In this document: positions 39,419 to 47,849 of the stretch, piece after piece
Position numbering within the stretch: the first letter of the stretch is position 1
How the letters are laid out: every line of letters begins with the position of its first letter
DNA from: Bacillota bacterium
GTDB taxonomy: Bacteria > Bacillota > Ch66 > Ch109
DNA length: 64,000 bases
Assembly (NCBI GenBank): GCA_050952625.1
Contig: JBMNLH010000001.1
Location: forward strand, 192,001-256,000
Reading direction: 5' to 3'
Notes under the pieces: model-generated
Told to the model about the DNA's origin: nothing
Database searches by the model: none
What the model saw: only the letters and a program-made list of their open reading frames with translations
Made by a program: the position numbers and the translations under genes

Positions 39419-40945
39419 ATGGGGTTACAAGCACAAATTTCAAAGAGCTGCCGAGTTGGTGTTAAAGATGAATTATTATCCCTGGGTTTTTTGATAGTCG
39501 AGACTGAGGAACATCTGCTGGTTAACGCCAATGATGCTGAGCATCAGCAGTTAATTGACCGGCTGAATTCCCGCCAGATAACGCTGGAACAATTTATGAT
39601 CGAGGCTAAGCAAAGGTTTGGTCCGGACAAATCGAACTGCAAACCGGATGGTCGGCCCAAAATCCGGATTAATAATCAGCTAATAGAACAGAGAATAATC
39701 AAAAAAGGACAGGTTCAAGATCTTGAACCAATCTTTATTGGTACGGACCCGACGAGCGGCGGGTTTATGCTCCAAAAATTGGAGACGGCTGAGCTTGGTC
39801 AATTCCTCTCTCATCCCAGTGAACTAACCGGCAAAGCAGAAGGTCCGGATGGTTTTTCTGCACCGAAGGGGACGGAAGCCCGGGCCGAGGGAAAGATCGG
39901 TTTGACAGGGGACCAGGATACTCCTGGTTTAAGGGTGGCCAAAACCAGGCTTGAGGAAAATGCTGAACAAATCCCCGAGCGTCACGAAAGCCCCGAAGGT
40001 CACGAAGGTCACGAAAGCCGCGAAGGTCACGAATTTTCAGAACTTCACGAAGCTAAGCACGAACAGGTTGAGGAAGTAATTGTTCCGCAGTGGAAAAACC
40101 TTCCCCCAACCGACCTGGAGGATTGGGTGGAAGTTAATGTTTCAGCCTACCAGGAACGCCCGGATGGCTGGGCCGTAGCGGCCGCCAGTCGCCGAGGGAA
40201 AATTCACGCCCATGAAGGCAGTCACCGGGACGATGCCTTTGCGGTGGGATTTCAAGAAGGCTGGAGCATTATCGTTGCAGCCGATGGGGCTGGTTCCTAC
40301 AAGTTATCCCGCGTCGGGGCTAAACTTAGCTGCCAGGTCGTGGTGGATAACCTGAAAATATTGTTGCGAGACTTTAAATTGAAAGAGATAGAAGGGGCGG
40401 CCCTTCCAGAAGAAGCCGACCTGATTAAAATAAAACTGTTCCTTACCGATAGTATTCAAAAGGCAATTAAAGCGGTTAAGGCTGAAGCCGCTAAAAGGAA
40501 GGTTGAGTTTGAGTTTTTCTCCACCACGGTTCTGACTGCGCTAACCCACAAGTGGCTGGATAAATGTCTCGTCGCTAGCATTCAAGTCGGTGATGGAGCT
40601 ATCGTGGTCTGGCATGGCGGCGATAAGGTGGCCATTTTAGGCCAAGCTGATAGTGGTGATTATGCTGGGGAAACAAAGTTTATTACCTCTAAAGGTATTG
40701 AGGATGAACTGGAGCACAAAGTTTTTTTTACCATCAAGTCCGATGTTGATGCGGTGGCGGTGATGACAGATGGGGTGGCTGACGATTTTTTCCCGGCGGA
40801 AACAGTAATGCCCAAAATGCTGGCGCATGTCTATAATGAACTGATCGGATCGGAAAAACCCGATGAGGAGCTGTTGAACTGGTTGTCCTACGAACGCAGA
40901 GGTTCTTTTGATGACCGTACGCTGGTGGTTCTTCATAGGAGGTAG
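39419..40945 (+). CDS. TerY-associated PP2C phosphatase with long N-terminal extension
   Basis: SRRGKIHAHEGSHRDD, ADGAGS, GDG, MTDGVAD and DDRTL motifs. Confidence 0.9.
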   Translation: MGLQAQISKSCRVGVKDELLSLGFLIVETEEHLLVNANDAEHQQLIDRLNSRQITLEQFMIEAKQRFGPDKSNCKPDGRPKIRINNQLIEQRIIKKGQVQDLEPIFIGTDPTSGGFMLQKLETAELGQFLSHPSELTGKAEGPDGFSAPKGTEARAEGKIGLTGDQDTPGLRVAKTRLEENAEQIPERHESPEGHEGHESREGHEFSELHEAKHEQVEEVIVPQWKNLPPTDLEDWVEVNVSAYQERPDGWAVAAASRRGKIHAHEGSHRDDAFAVGFQEGWSIIVAADGAGSYKLSRVGAKLSCQVVVDNLKILLRDFKLKEIEGAALPEEADLIKIKLFLTDSIQKAIKAVKAEAAKRKVEFEFFSTTVLTALTHKWLDKCLVASIQVGDGAIVVWHGGDKVAILGQADSGDYAGETKFITSKGIEDELEHKVFFTIKSDVDAVAVMTDGVADDFFPAETVMPKMLAHVYNELIGSEKPDEELLNWLSYERRGSFDDRTLVVLHRR

Positions 40946-40950
40946 TGGGG

Positions 40951-42390
40951 ATGGCTAAGAAAAAAAAGCGGAAGGCTAGGCTGGCCGATGGGACGGAAGT
41001 CGAATATTTACCCGAAGTTATCGGTGAAGGAAGCGAAGGCATCGTTCATTTTACGGCTGACCGCAAATCAGTCCTTAAGTTTTACAAAGATGATGATGAC
41101 CAAAAAGACCCGGAGCGAATGGAACGCATCAAGCATATTGTCGAAAAATATAACCCCACTATAGAGGAAAGGACCGGGGATTATTGGAAGAAACTTTATT
41201 GCTGGCCAGATGGACTGGTTGTCTCGCCCAGTTTGGGAGTACGGGTCCCGGTTTACCCTGCTAATTTTTTTACTAAGGACGGCATCGAAAAGAAACTAAG
41301 TTGGTTTGTCAACCCCAAAAGCCGTAAGCATCTACCCCCATCAGACCGGGGAAATTGGCTAGGTCATTTGCAGATGGCGATTACGATGGCCCGGGCAACG
41401 CGGCGGCTTCATTCAGCGGGCTTAGCCCATTCAGACCTGTCTTACAATAACTTTCTCGGCGATCCGGTTGCCGGGGTGACCGTTATGATTGATATGGACG
41501 GTCTGGTTGTGCCGGGGCTGCACCCGCCGAAGATTGCGGGCACTCCGGGCTTGATTGCCCCGGAAGTGATTATGGGCATTGCGGAACCCTCCATCAGAAC
41601 AGACCTTCACGCCTTAGCGGTTCTAATCTATCAAACTCTGCTTTTTCGCCACCCCCTGCGCGGGCCAAAGGTTAACTCAACACTTTCGGCTGAAGAGGAT
41701 GAATCTCTCTCTATGGGGCAAAAAGCGTTATTTATTGAACACCCGCTGGATCAGGCTAATCGGCCTAAAAATCTTAGGCTTAGCTATCTGTATTTGGGTC
41801 CATATCTGACTGAATTAATCAACCGCTCGTTTATCCAATCGCTGCATGTTCCGGAAGACAGACCAACGGCAATGGAATGGGAAGATGCCCTGGTTCGTAC
41901 CGCCAATCTAGTCTATCCGTGTAGCAATAAGGACTGTGAAATGAAGTGGTATGTCTTTTCACGGACAGCTAATTTTGTTTGTCCATTTTGCCAGCAAAAA
42001 CTGGCCCTGCCCCATATCCCAATCATGCAGTACTATAAAGAACAGCTAGGTCGGCCGGGTCACTTTTTAACGGAAAAACAGAGTTTAGTTGTTTGGCATG
42101 GTCTTTACCTGTACAAATGGCATGTCTATGATAATGTTTGGCCGGGCGAGAATGCCGACAAAACACCACAAGGTTATTTTATTTATCATAACAACAACTG
42201 GTATCTTTATAACCTAGCCATGGATTTGACAGCAATTGAAGGCGGCGTGTCCAAAAACGTGCCGCTGGGCCATTACATCCGGATTACAGAGGGCTTGCAG
42301 TTAAGGCTATCTTCTGAAGCCCATGGTCGGTTGCTGCTAACTCAGCTTCTGCGAGGCGGTGATCAATATTTACTTACAGGAACAAATTAA
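40951..42390 (+). CDS. TerY-associated Ser/Thr kinase with Zn-ribbon and C-terminal FHA-like region
   Basis: IGEGSEG, HSDLSYNN, IDMDGL and GTPGLIAPE motifs; CSNKDC...CPFC. Confidence 0.9.
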   Translation: MAKKKKRKARLADGTEVEYLPEVIGEGSEGIVHFTADRKSVLKFYKDDDDQKDPERMERIKHIVEKYNPTIEERTGDYWKKLYCWPDGLVVSPSLGVRVPVYPANFFTKDGIEKKLSWFVNPKSRKHLPPSDRGNWLGHLQMAITMARATRRLHSAGLAHSDLSYNNFLGDPVAGVTVMIDMDGLVVPGLHPPKIAGTPGLIAPEVIMGIAEPSIRTDLHALAVLIYQTLLFRHPLRGPKVNSTLSAEEDESLSMGQKALFIEHPLDQANRPKNLRLSYLYLGPYLTELINRSFIQSLHVPEDRPTAMEWEDALVRTANLVYPCSNKDCEMKWYVFSRTANFVCPFCQQKLALPHIPIMQYYKEQLGRPGHFLTEKQSLVVWHGLYLYKWHVYDNVWPGENADKTPQGYFIYHNNNWYLYNLAMDLTAIEGGVSKNVPLGHYIRITEGLQLRLSSEAHGRLLLTQLLRGGDQYLLTGTN

Positions 42391-43690
42391 TCAGTTGCCA
42401 GCGCATGGTCATTTAAAGCTAAGACCGGGCGAATATGAAGGCCCGGTCCTCATTAATAGTCCGGCGATCATCGAAGGGAATAACGCGACGGTTTGGGCGA
42501 AAAGCGGTCCGGTGCTGCGGATCAATACGCGCGGGCTTATTCTGAAGAACTTGCAGGTTGAAGCAACAGCTAACCAGGCCCCGGGTTATCAATCAATCGC
42601 CATTATGACCGAGGAAAGACATGCAACCGTTGTGGATAACGTGGAAGTCAAAGGAGCAGTGGTTGGGTTTGGTGATGAATCTGGCGATTGGGATTACCCA
42701 TGGTCCCTTAATCTGGGACAACTGCCGCCGGGGCAAGCCATCTCTCTTAAACTGCGGTTGCTGGTGCCGGTGCGGTGTCGACTGGTCTCCCGGATCGGGG
42801 GAATCAAGTTTGAACCGGAAGAGATAGCAGCTGGTTTGACTGAAGTAACGATCAAAATTGACCCCCTGATGCCCAATTCGATTATCCATGGCCATTTCCA
42901 ATTGGTATCTAAGTTTATCCGGCGAATCTCCGTCAGCGGCAGGGTGACCGGGCTAACAGACAATGCGCCCAGGCAAAGGGGCGGACAGGTTATTTGGTCG
43001 CCGAACGAAGTGACTGGGTCCGGACCTGATCCAGTAGTTGAGGGAGCCGAGCCATACCCGCATCTGCACAGGCACTTACGCTCGCACTCACGCTCAGTTC
43101 CAGAAAAAGGGCAGCCAGAGCCTTCGGTTAACTTAAATCGGTTGAAAAAAGGACATCGAGTTGACCTGGTTGCTGAAAACGCCGCTGCGAAATATATCTT
43201 TGGGTTGGGTTGGACAGGCCGAATTGAGAAGCAGATTGAGATTGATGTAGTCGCCTTTCTTCTGGGAGATAATGAACAGGTCTTAAAAGACAACGACTTT
43301 GTGTTTTATGGAAATCCGCGCAGTGCCGAAGGCAGTGTGGCCCTTCTGGGAGCAAATCCGGCCGAGGGATTAAATGAACGGGTGTTGATAGATTTTTCCA
43401 AGGTACTGGGGGAGCATAAAAAGATGGTTATTGCCCTTTCTGTCTATCAGGGTCAAGAAAAGAGACAGGGATTTGCTCAGATGGCCCAGGTATTTATGAA
43501 GGCCAGGGAGGAAGCCAGTGGGCAAGATGGATTATATTTTGCAATGGATGACAACTTTACTTTGGAGACTTTATTAATCGCCGCCGAAATCTACCGCTAT
43601 AAAGGTCAATGGAGATTCGCCGCAATAGGCTCCGGTTATCGCGAGGATCTGGCCTTTCTTTGTCGCAAATACGGGTTGGAAGTTGAGTAA
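42359..43690 (+). CDS. Beta-helix/beta-sandwich N-terminal region fused to a C-terminal TerD domain
   Basis: LRPGEYEGPVLINSPAIIEG beta-helix cap; GLGW...FVFYGN...WRFAAIGSG TerD domain. Confidence 0.8.
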   Translation: MINIYLQEQINQLPAHGHLKLRPGEYEGPVLINSPAIIEGNNATVWAKSGPVLRINTRGLILKNLQVEATANQAPGYQSIAIMTEERHATVVDNVEVKGAVVGFGDESGDWDYPWSLNLGQLPPGQAISLKLRLLVPVRCRLVSRIGGIKFEPEEIAAGLTEVTIKIDPLMPNSIIHGHFQLVSKFIRRISVSGRVTGLTDNAPRQRGGQVIWSPNEVTGSGPDPVVEGAEPYPHLHRHLRSHSRSVPEKGQPEPSVNLNRLKKGHRVDLVAENAAAKYIFGLGWTGRIEKQIEIDVVAFLLGDNEQVLKDNDFVFYGNPRSAEGSVALLGANPAEGLNERVLIDFSKVLGEHKKMVIALSVYQGQEKRQGFAQMAQVFMKAREEASGQDGLYFAMDDNFTLETLLIAAEIYRYKGQWRFAAIGSGYREDLAFLCRKYGLEVE

Positions 43691-43861
43691 ACCTCTCAGG
43701 TGGCCACTTAATCCGGAACCAAATATAAAATTGCGAAACAGGGATATTTAGATAACAATAGCAGATTTGAAGATAACACTTGTGCCGCATTCCTCTAAAT
43801 TCATTTAGGGGTTAGGCGCAAAATTACTTAATTACCCGTAGCATATGTTATTAATAGAGGA

Positions 43862-44013
43862 TTAGGCGCGAACCCGCTGGGGTTTGGTCTCGGTAAAATA
43901 CTATACAAGCAGTGGGGTTTACGACCCAAGCACTCACGTACCCGCGTATCCGAGTCAGATCCGAAGTTCACGGGAGCACCCGAATCTTCTGACTTCAGTC
44001 AGGAGAGGTTCAA
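43862..44013 (+). mobile_element. Orphan IS605/TnpB right end (omega-RNA-like)
   Basis: gaatc-ttctgac-ttca-gtcaggag-agg-TTCAA subterminal hairpin and cleavage motif, preceded by about 120 nt of GC-rich structured sequence; no tnpB ORF. Confidence 0.6.
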
Positions 44014-44134
44014 ACATAGTCTGCTATTGTGTAGGCATAGGTTGTCGTGGAAATCTTTGGTTTGCTGTATTTGGGTGGTATAATAATCATAAATCGGCGT
44101 CTAACCGTTATTATTCAAGATCTTGGAGATCCTT

Positions 44135-45220
44135 ATGCAGATAATTGTCGAACAGCTTATTCAGGCAAACGCCACCAAAACCATTAAAACAGCGGGGTTG
44201 GAAGATTTAGTACACCGTCACTTAGGCCAGGGGTTTATCGAGCAGGGCGGTTATGTTGCCTTTGCCCAGGTTATCGAAGAATTGTGTCGGCGGGGGCAAT
44301 TGGTACCGGTGAAATCTGCGGGGGGGAATGGCCGCAACCCGCAATTGTTTAACCATTACCGAAAGCAACTGGCGGTTTTGGATTCAGTCATTAAGCTAAA
44401 TCTGTTGTCCTTGGATACCCGGATTCGGGTGGACAAATACCTGGCCAACCCCGGCCAATACCAGAAAGATCAGGCCTACCTGACTGCCTTGGACCGCTTT
44501 TTCAAAGATCCGGGGTTAAGTGAAACGCTGCAAGTGCCTTATGCTATTAATGAACGGTCATTTCAAATCTTCGGGGACGAGAAGTTCCTGGCTTCTAGCT
44601 CTGGTCGGGCCTTCCTCCAGCAGATTGGACTGACCTATGCTAACCTGGGTTGTTATACGACACCGGAACCTTTTTTCTACGTGGACTATCGACAGCCGGG
44701 GGAAGAGCGGACAAGCTGCTTGGTGATTGAGAATAAAGACACCTTTTATACCCTGAGAAAGTGTTTCGCCACCGGCCGGTGCCAGATCAATCAACTGCCC
44801 ATTAACCTGTTGGTTTACGGCGAGGGACGCAAGATTGTCAGCAGTTTTGCTTTTATGACCGAGGTTACTGGGCCAGCCCCAGCAGCTGCAACTTATTATT
44901 TTGGCGATCTGGATCCGGAGGGGATTGACATCTTTGGTTCCCTAGCGGAAAGGTACCCGGATTATTATATACATCCTTTTATCTATCTGTATCAGCAACT
45001 GCTTGAACGGCAGGGCGAACAGGCCCCAGTGCGCCGAGACAAGCAGCAGCGGCTGCAGCCCAAGCACCTGGAAGGTTTTCTCCAGAACTTTGAACCAGCC
45101 GTGGCCCAGCAAATTGTAGAACTGATCCAGAATAATCGTTATCTGCCGCAGGAAGGACTGGCCTATTCCTTCTTTGCCGAGGAGGTGGGCATAGTTGAAA
45201 AGCATCCTGACCGGGTTTAG
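44135..45220 (+). CDS. jetD: Wadjet nuclease JetD (DUF2220 TOPRIM)
   Basis: NERSFQIFGDEKFL, VIENKDTF, LVYGEG and YFGDLDPEGIDI motifs; upstream extended -10 TGgTATAAT near 44076-44084. Confidence 0.88.
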   Translation: MQIIVEQLIQANATKTIKTAGLEDLVHRHLGQGFIEQGGYVAFAQVIEELCRRGQLVPVKSAGGNGRNPQLFNHYRKQLAVLDSVIKLNLLSLDTRIRVDKYLANPGQYQKDQAYLTALDRFFKDPGLSETLQVPYAINERSFQIFGDEKFLASSSGRAFLQQIGLTYANLGCYTTPEPFFYVDYRQPGEERTSCLVIENKDTFYTLRKCFATGRCQINQLPINLLVYGEGRKIVSSFAFMTEVTGPAPAAATYYFGDLDPEGIDIFGSLAERYPDYYIHPFIYLYQQLLERQGEQAPVRRDKQQRLQPKHLEGFLQNFEPAVAQQIVELIQNNRYLPQEGLAYSFFAEEVGIVEKHPDRV

Positions 45221-46739
45221 CGAAAGGATGAAGAATTTCGCCATCTTTCAGCCGCTCTTTGATTTAAGCAACAGCCGCAAATACAGTGAGTATGATCCGG
45301 TGGCACTGGGTTTCGCCATTCTGCTGTTGATCCTGGAGAACATGCTGATCGGCCGAGAACCCTGCGATCACCAACGGATCGGTCATTTTCTGCGGCGGGT
45401 TGTGGAAGACAATTATCGGCACCGGCTGAGCGAGGAAGAGGCCTTGGAAATGGCCTATTTCTTTCTTGATGCCCTGCGCAACGGGGGCCGCCCGTTTAAT
45501 TGTGCCTTTCAGGATTTGGAAAACGGCCAGCAGTCTCGCTACAAATTTGCCCTGATTGAGACTGCCGCCTACGAAATCCACGGCAAAATGAGCTTTAAGC
45601 TGACCAGCACCGGCCTGGATCTGCTCTTTAAGACCAAAGAAATCTACAAAGAGCTGCGGATAACTATTTCTCAGCTTTATTTGCGCCAGCAGATTGAGAA
45701 GGGGGTCTTTCAGGAGGCTTTGCGGACCGTGGATGATCTCTATGTTCAGGTCCGCGAAATTCATGCTAAGTTGGAGCGGATGAAGCAGCGGGTGATGCGC
45801 AATGTGGCGGAGTTTTCCCTGTCGGCCTATATTTCCTTGATGGAGGAAGTCTATGCCCAGTTGCACCGGGAAAAAGAGGTGTTTAACTCACTGGTCAAAC
45901 TGTTGCAGGAAACCCAGGAATCTTATTTTTACCGGGAATTGAACGAACAGGAAAAACAGAGCCTGGATCAACTGATGGCTGTGTCGCGCGGTTTGGATCA
46001 AGTCATTAATGAGCATAATCGGTTGTTCACTCATAAATTAGAAACCTCTGCTCTGTTGGAAGAAGCCATGCTGGACAGCCTGGCTAATACTTTTCGCACG
46101 AAAATTAACTTTGAACAGGAATTTATTGATCAGATCATTGAGCAGAATACGGATCTGGAAACCCTGCGCCAGTTGGTCCAACCTCTGTTGCGTCCGCGCG
46201 TCAACCAGTATTTCAATATCATGCGTGTTTTTGAAGCGCAGCCGCTGCCCAAGGAGGAGGAAGAACCCCAGGAGTCCTGGTTAACCCCGGATGAGGTTTA
46301 CTTGCAGCAATTGGCGGAACGGGAAAAAGCAATTAAACACCAGCGAGACGAGCGTTACTTGCGGTATCTGGAAATGGTCATGCTGCCGGCGTTGACCAGT
46401 GATCACTACAGTTTGAGCGAGATTTTGGAGAACCTGCCCTCAGGGGATTACGCCCAGACCGTGGCGGAAGTCGAGTTTTACATCTTTTTAGTGCAACTGC
46501 ACCAGTTAGGTGAAATAACCCTAAACATTGATCCAAAGTTCAAAAATAAACTAATGGATACCGAGACCGGGAATTTGCCCTTTCTACTGTTTAAAACCCT
46601 GGAACAACACCCGGCTTTGTCAGACGCAGGCACCCTCGAAATCATTGCCTTAGAGGCAGAGATTACTTTAGCTAACGGCGGCACCGTGTCGGATTACCGG
46701 TATCAGGTGCGAGGGAGAACGGTGAGGCGTGAGGCGTGA
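45195..46739 (+). CDS. jetA: Wadjet JetA-like kleisin subunit
   Basis: GLDLLFKTKEI...ISQLYLRQQIEKG; position between jetD and jetB; size. Confidence 0.75.
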   Translation: MKSILTGFSERMKNFAIFQPLFDLSNSRKYSEYDPVALGFAILLLILENMLIGREPCDHQRIGHFLRRVVEDNYRHRLSEEEALEMAYFFLDALRNGGRPFNCAFQDLENGQQSRYKFALIETAAYEIHGKMSFKLTSTGLDLLFKTKEIYKELRITISQLYLRQQIEKGVFQEALRTVDDLYVQVREIHAKLERMKQRVMRNVAEFSLSAYISLMEEVYAQLHREKEVFNSLVKLLQETQESYFYRELNEQEKQSLDQLMAVSRGLDQVINEHNRLFTHKLETSALLEEAMLDSLANTFRTKINFEQEFIDQIIEQNTDLETLRQLVQPLLRPRVNQYFNIMRVFEAQPLPKEEEEPQESWLTPDEVYLQQLAEREKAIKHQRDERYLRYLEMVMLPALTSDHYSLSEILENLPSGDYAQTVAEVEFYIFLVQLHQLGEITLNIDPKFKNKLMDTETGNLPFLLFKTLEQHPALSDAGTLEIIALEAEITLANGGTVSDYRYQVRGRTVRREA

Positions 46740-46787
46740 GGGGTGAGGGGTTAAACGCAAAGTGAAGCGCGAGAGATTTTTCGCTTG

Positions 46788-47030
46788 GTTCAGAATTATC
46801 ATGCCTTGACTGTGCAGACCGTGGGTGCGAGGCCGATAGATAAGAAGAGGGAGTTCAGAATTATCATGCCTTGAGCGTACCAGAGAAGCAAGTTGATGGT
46901 TCTGCTGATTCCTAACTTAACCGCCATTCTGAGCGGAGCGAAGAATCTTTAACCAGCCTTATAGATTACATCTTCCGCTTGGGTGCAAGCGGATCGCCAA
47001 GGGATTCTTCACTTCGTTCAGAATAACAAG
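46788..47030. repeat. Cluster of REP-like repeats within the jetA-jetB gap
   Basis: 22-bp direct repeat gttcagaattatcatgccttga at 46788 and 46853; ttctgagcggagcgaagaatc...gattcttcacttcgttcagaa inverted pair, related to 60206-60276. Confidence 0.7.
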
Positions 47031-47114
47031 GAGCGAGTAATACTGGTTGTATTCACAGCCATGTCAAATAATGTTAAGTAACGACCCTTAGGTGGGCACG
47101 CAGGAGTGGTGGAA

Positions 47115-47849
47115 ATGAGTGAATTTTACCGGGGAGAGAAGGTTCAGACCGCTCTAGCTTTGTTTCTGGAATTAATCAGGCGGGGGCAGGTTAATGTGGA
47201 CGATGACTTGGAACTGATCCAGGCCTACAAAAACGATCCGGAAGTTCAGGAACTATCGACCGAGCTGTTTGAATCCCAGGCAGAGGTGAAGATCCTGGAG
47301 ACCGTGGACCGGTTATACCTCTCGCCAAATCTGAACAATCGATTTTTTGGCTACACCAACGAGCAACTGCGCCAGCGGCTAAGATTAAGCGATAACAAGG
47401 AACTATATCTGGCTTACTTTGTCATCCTGTCATTGCTGGCCATGTTCTACGGCAGCGACAGCCTCGAAGAAGTCAGCCGTTATTACGTGACGGTGCAGGA
47501 TCTGGAGCAATTCATCACTGCCAAACTAGAGAGCCTGAAACAGGAGGCGGATGTGGACGCTCTGGAGCAAGCGGCTGAGTATAACCTGAAGACTTCGGCC
47601 GAACTCTGGCAGGATATGCCGGAATATGACACCGAAATTAAGCAACTGCGCCGAACAACCCGAAACCGAATCAGCTTTATTTTAAAAGTCTGCTCTTTCT
47701 TACAGGATGAAGGTTTAGTCTTGGTACAGGGCGAGCGAGAAATCTATATTCAGGATAAGACCGAACAAATGGTGCGCAAGTATTACTCGGACAATGAGCG
47801 AAAGGAAAAACTGCTTGGTCTGATCAGGCCGGCAAAGGTGGGGACATAA
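47115..47849 (+). CDS. jetB: Wadjet JetB (DUF6063-like kite subunit)
   Basis: FFGYTNEQLR...ELYLAYFVIL motif; abuts the SMC gene. Confidence 0.8.
   Translation: MSEFYRGEKVQTALALFLELIRRGQVNVDDDLELIQAYKNDPEVQELSTELFESQAEVKILETVDRLYLSPNLNNRFFGYTNEQLRQRLRLSDNKELYLAYFVILSLLAMFYGSDSLEEVSRYYVTVQDLEQFITAKLESLKQEADVDALEQAAEYNLKTSAELWQDMPEYDTEIKQLRRTTRNRISFILKVCSFLQDEGLVLVQGEREIYIQDKTEQMVRKYYSDNERKEKLLGLIRPAKVGT

Noticed and set aside
43862-44013. 6S RNA
   Set aside because: ggagcaccc...ggttcaaa is reminiscent, but I could not find end-to-end rod pairing, and the terminal hairpin plus TTCAA fits an IS605 right end better
43884-44144. 86-aa ORF upstream of jetD
   Set aside because: Overlaps the omega-RNA-like element and the jetD promoter; no SD or recognisable domain
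46788-46874. Possible mini CRISPR array (22-bp repeat, 43-nt spacer)
   Set aside because: Only two copies, repeat is short and resembles neighbouring REP-like arms, and there are no cas genes in the window
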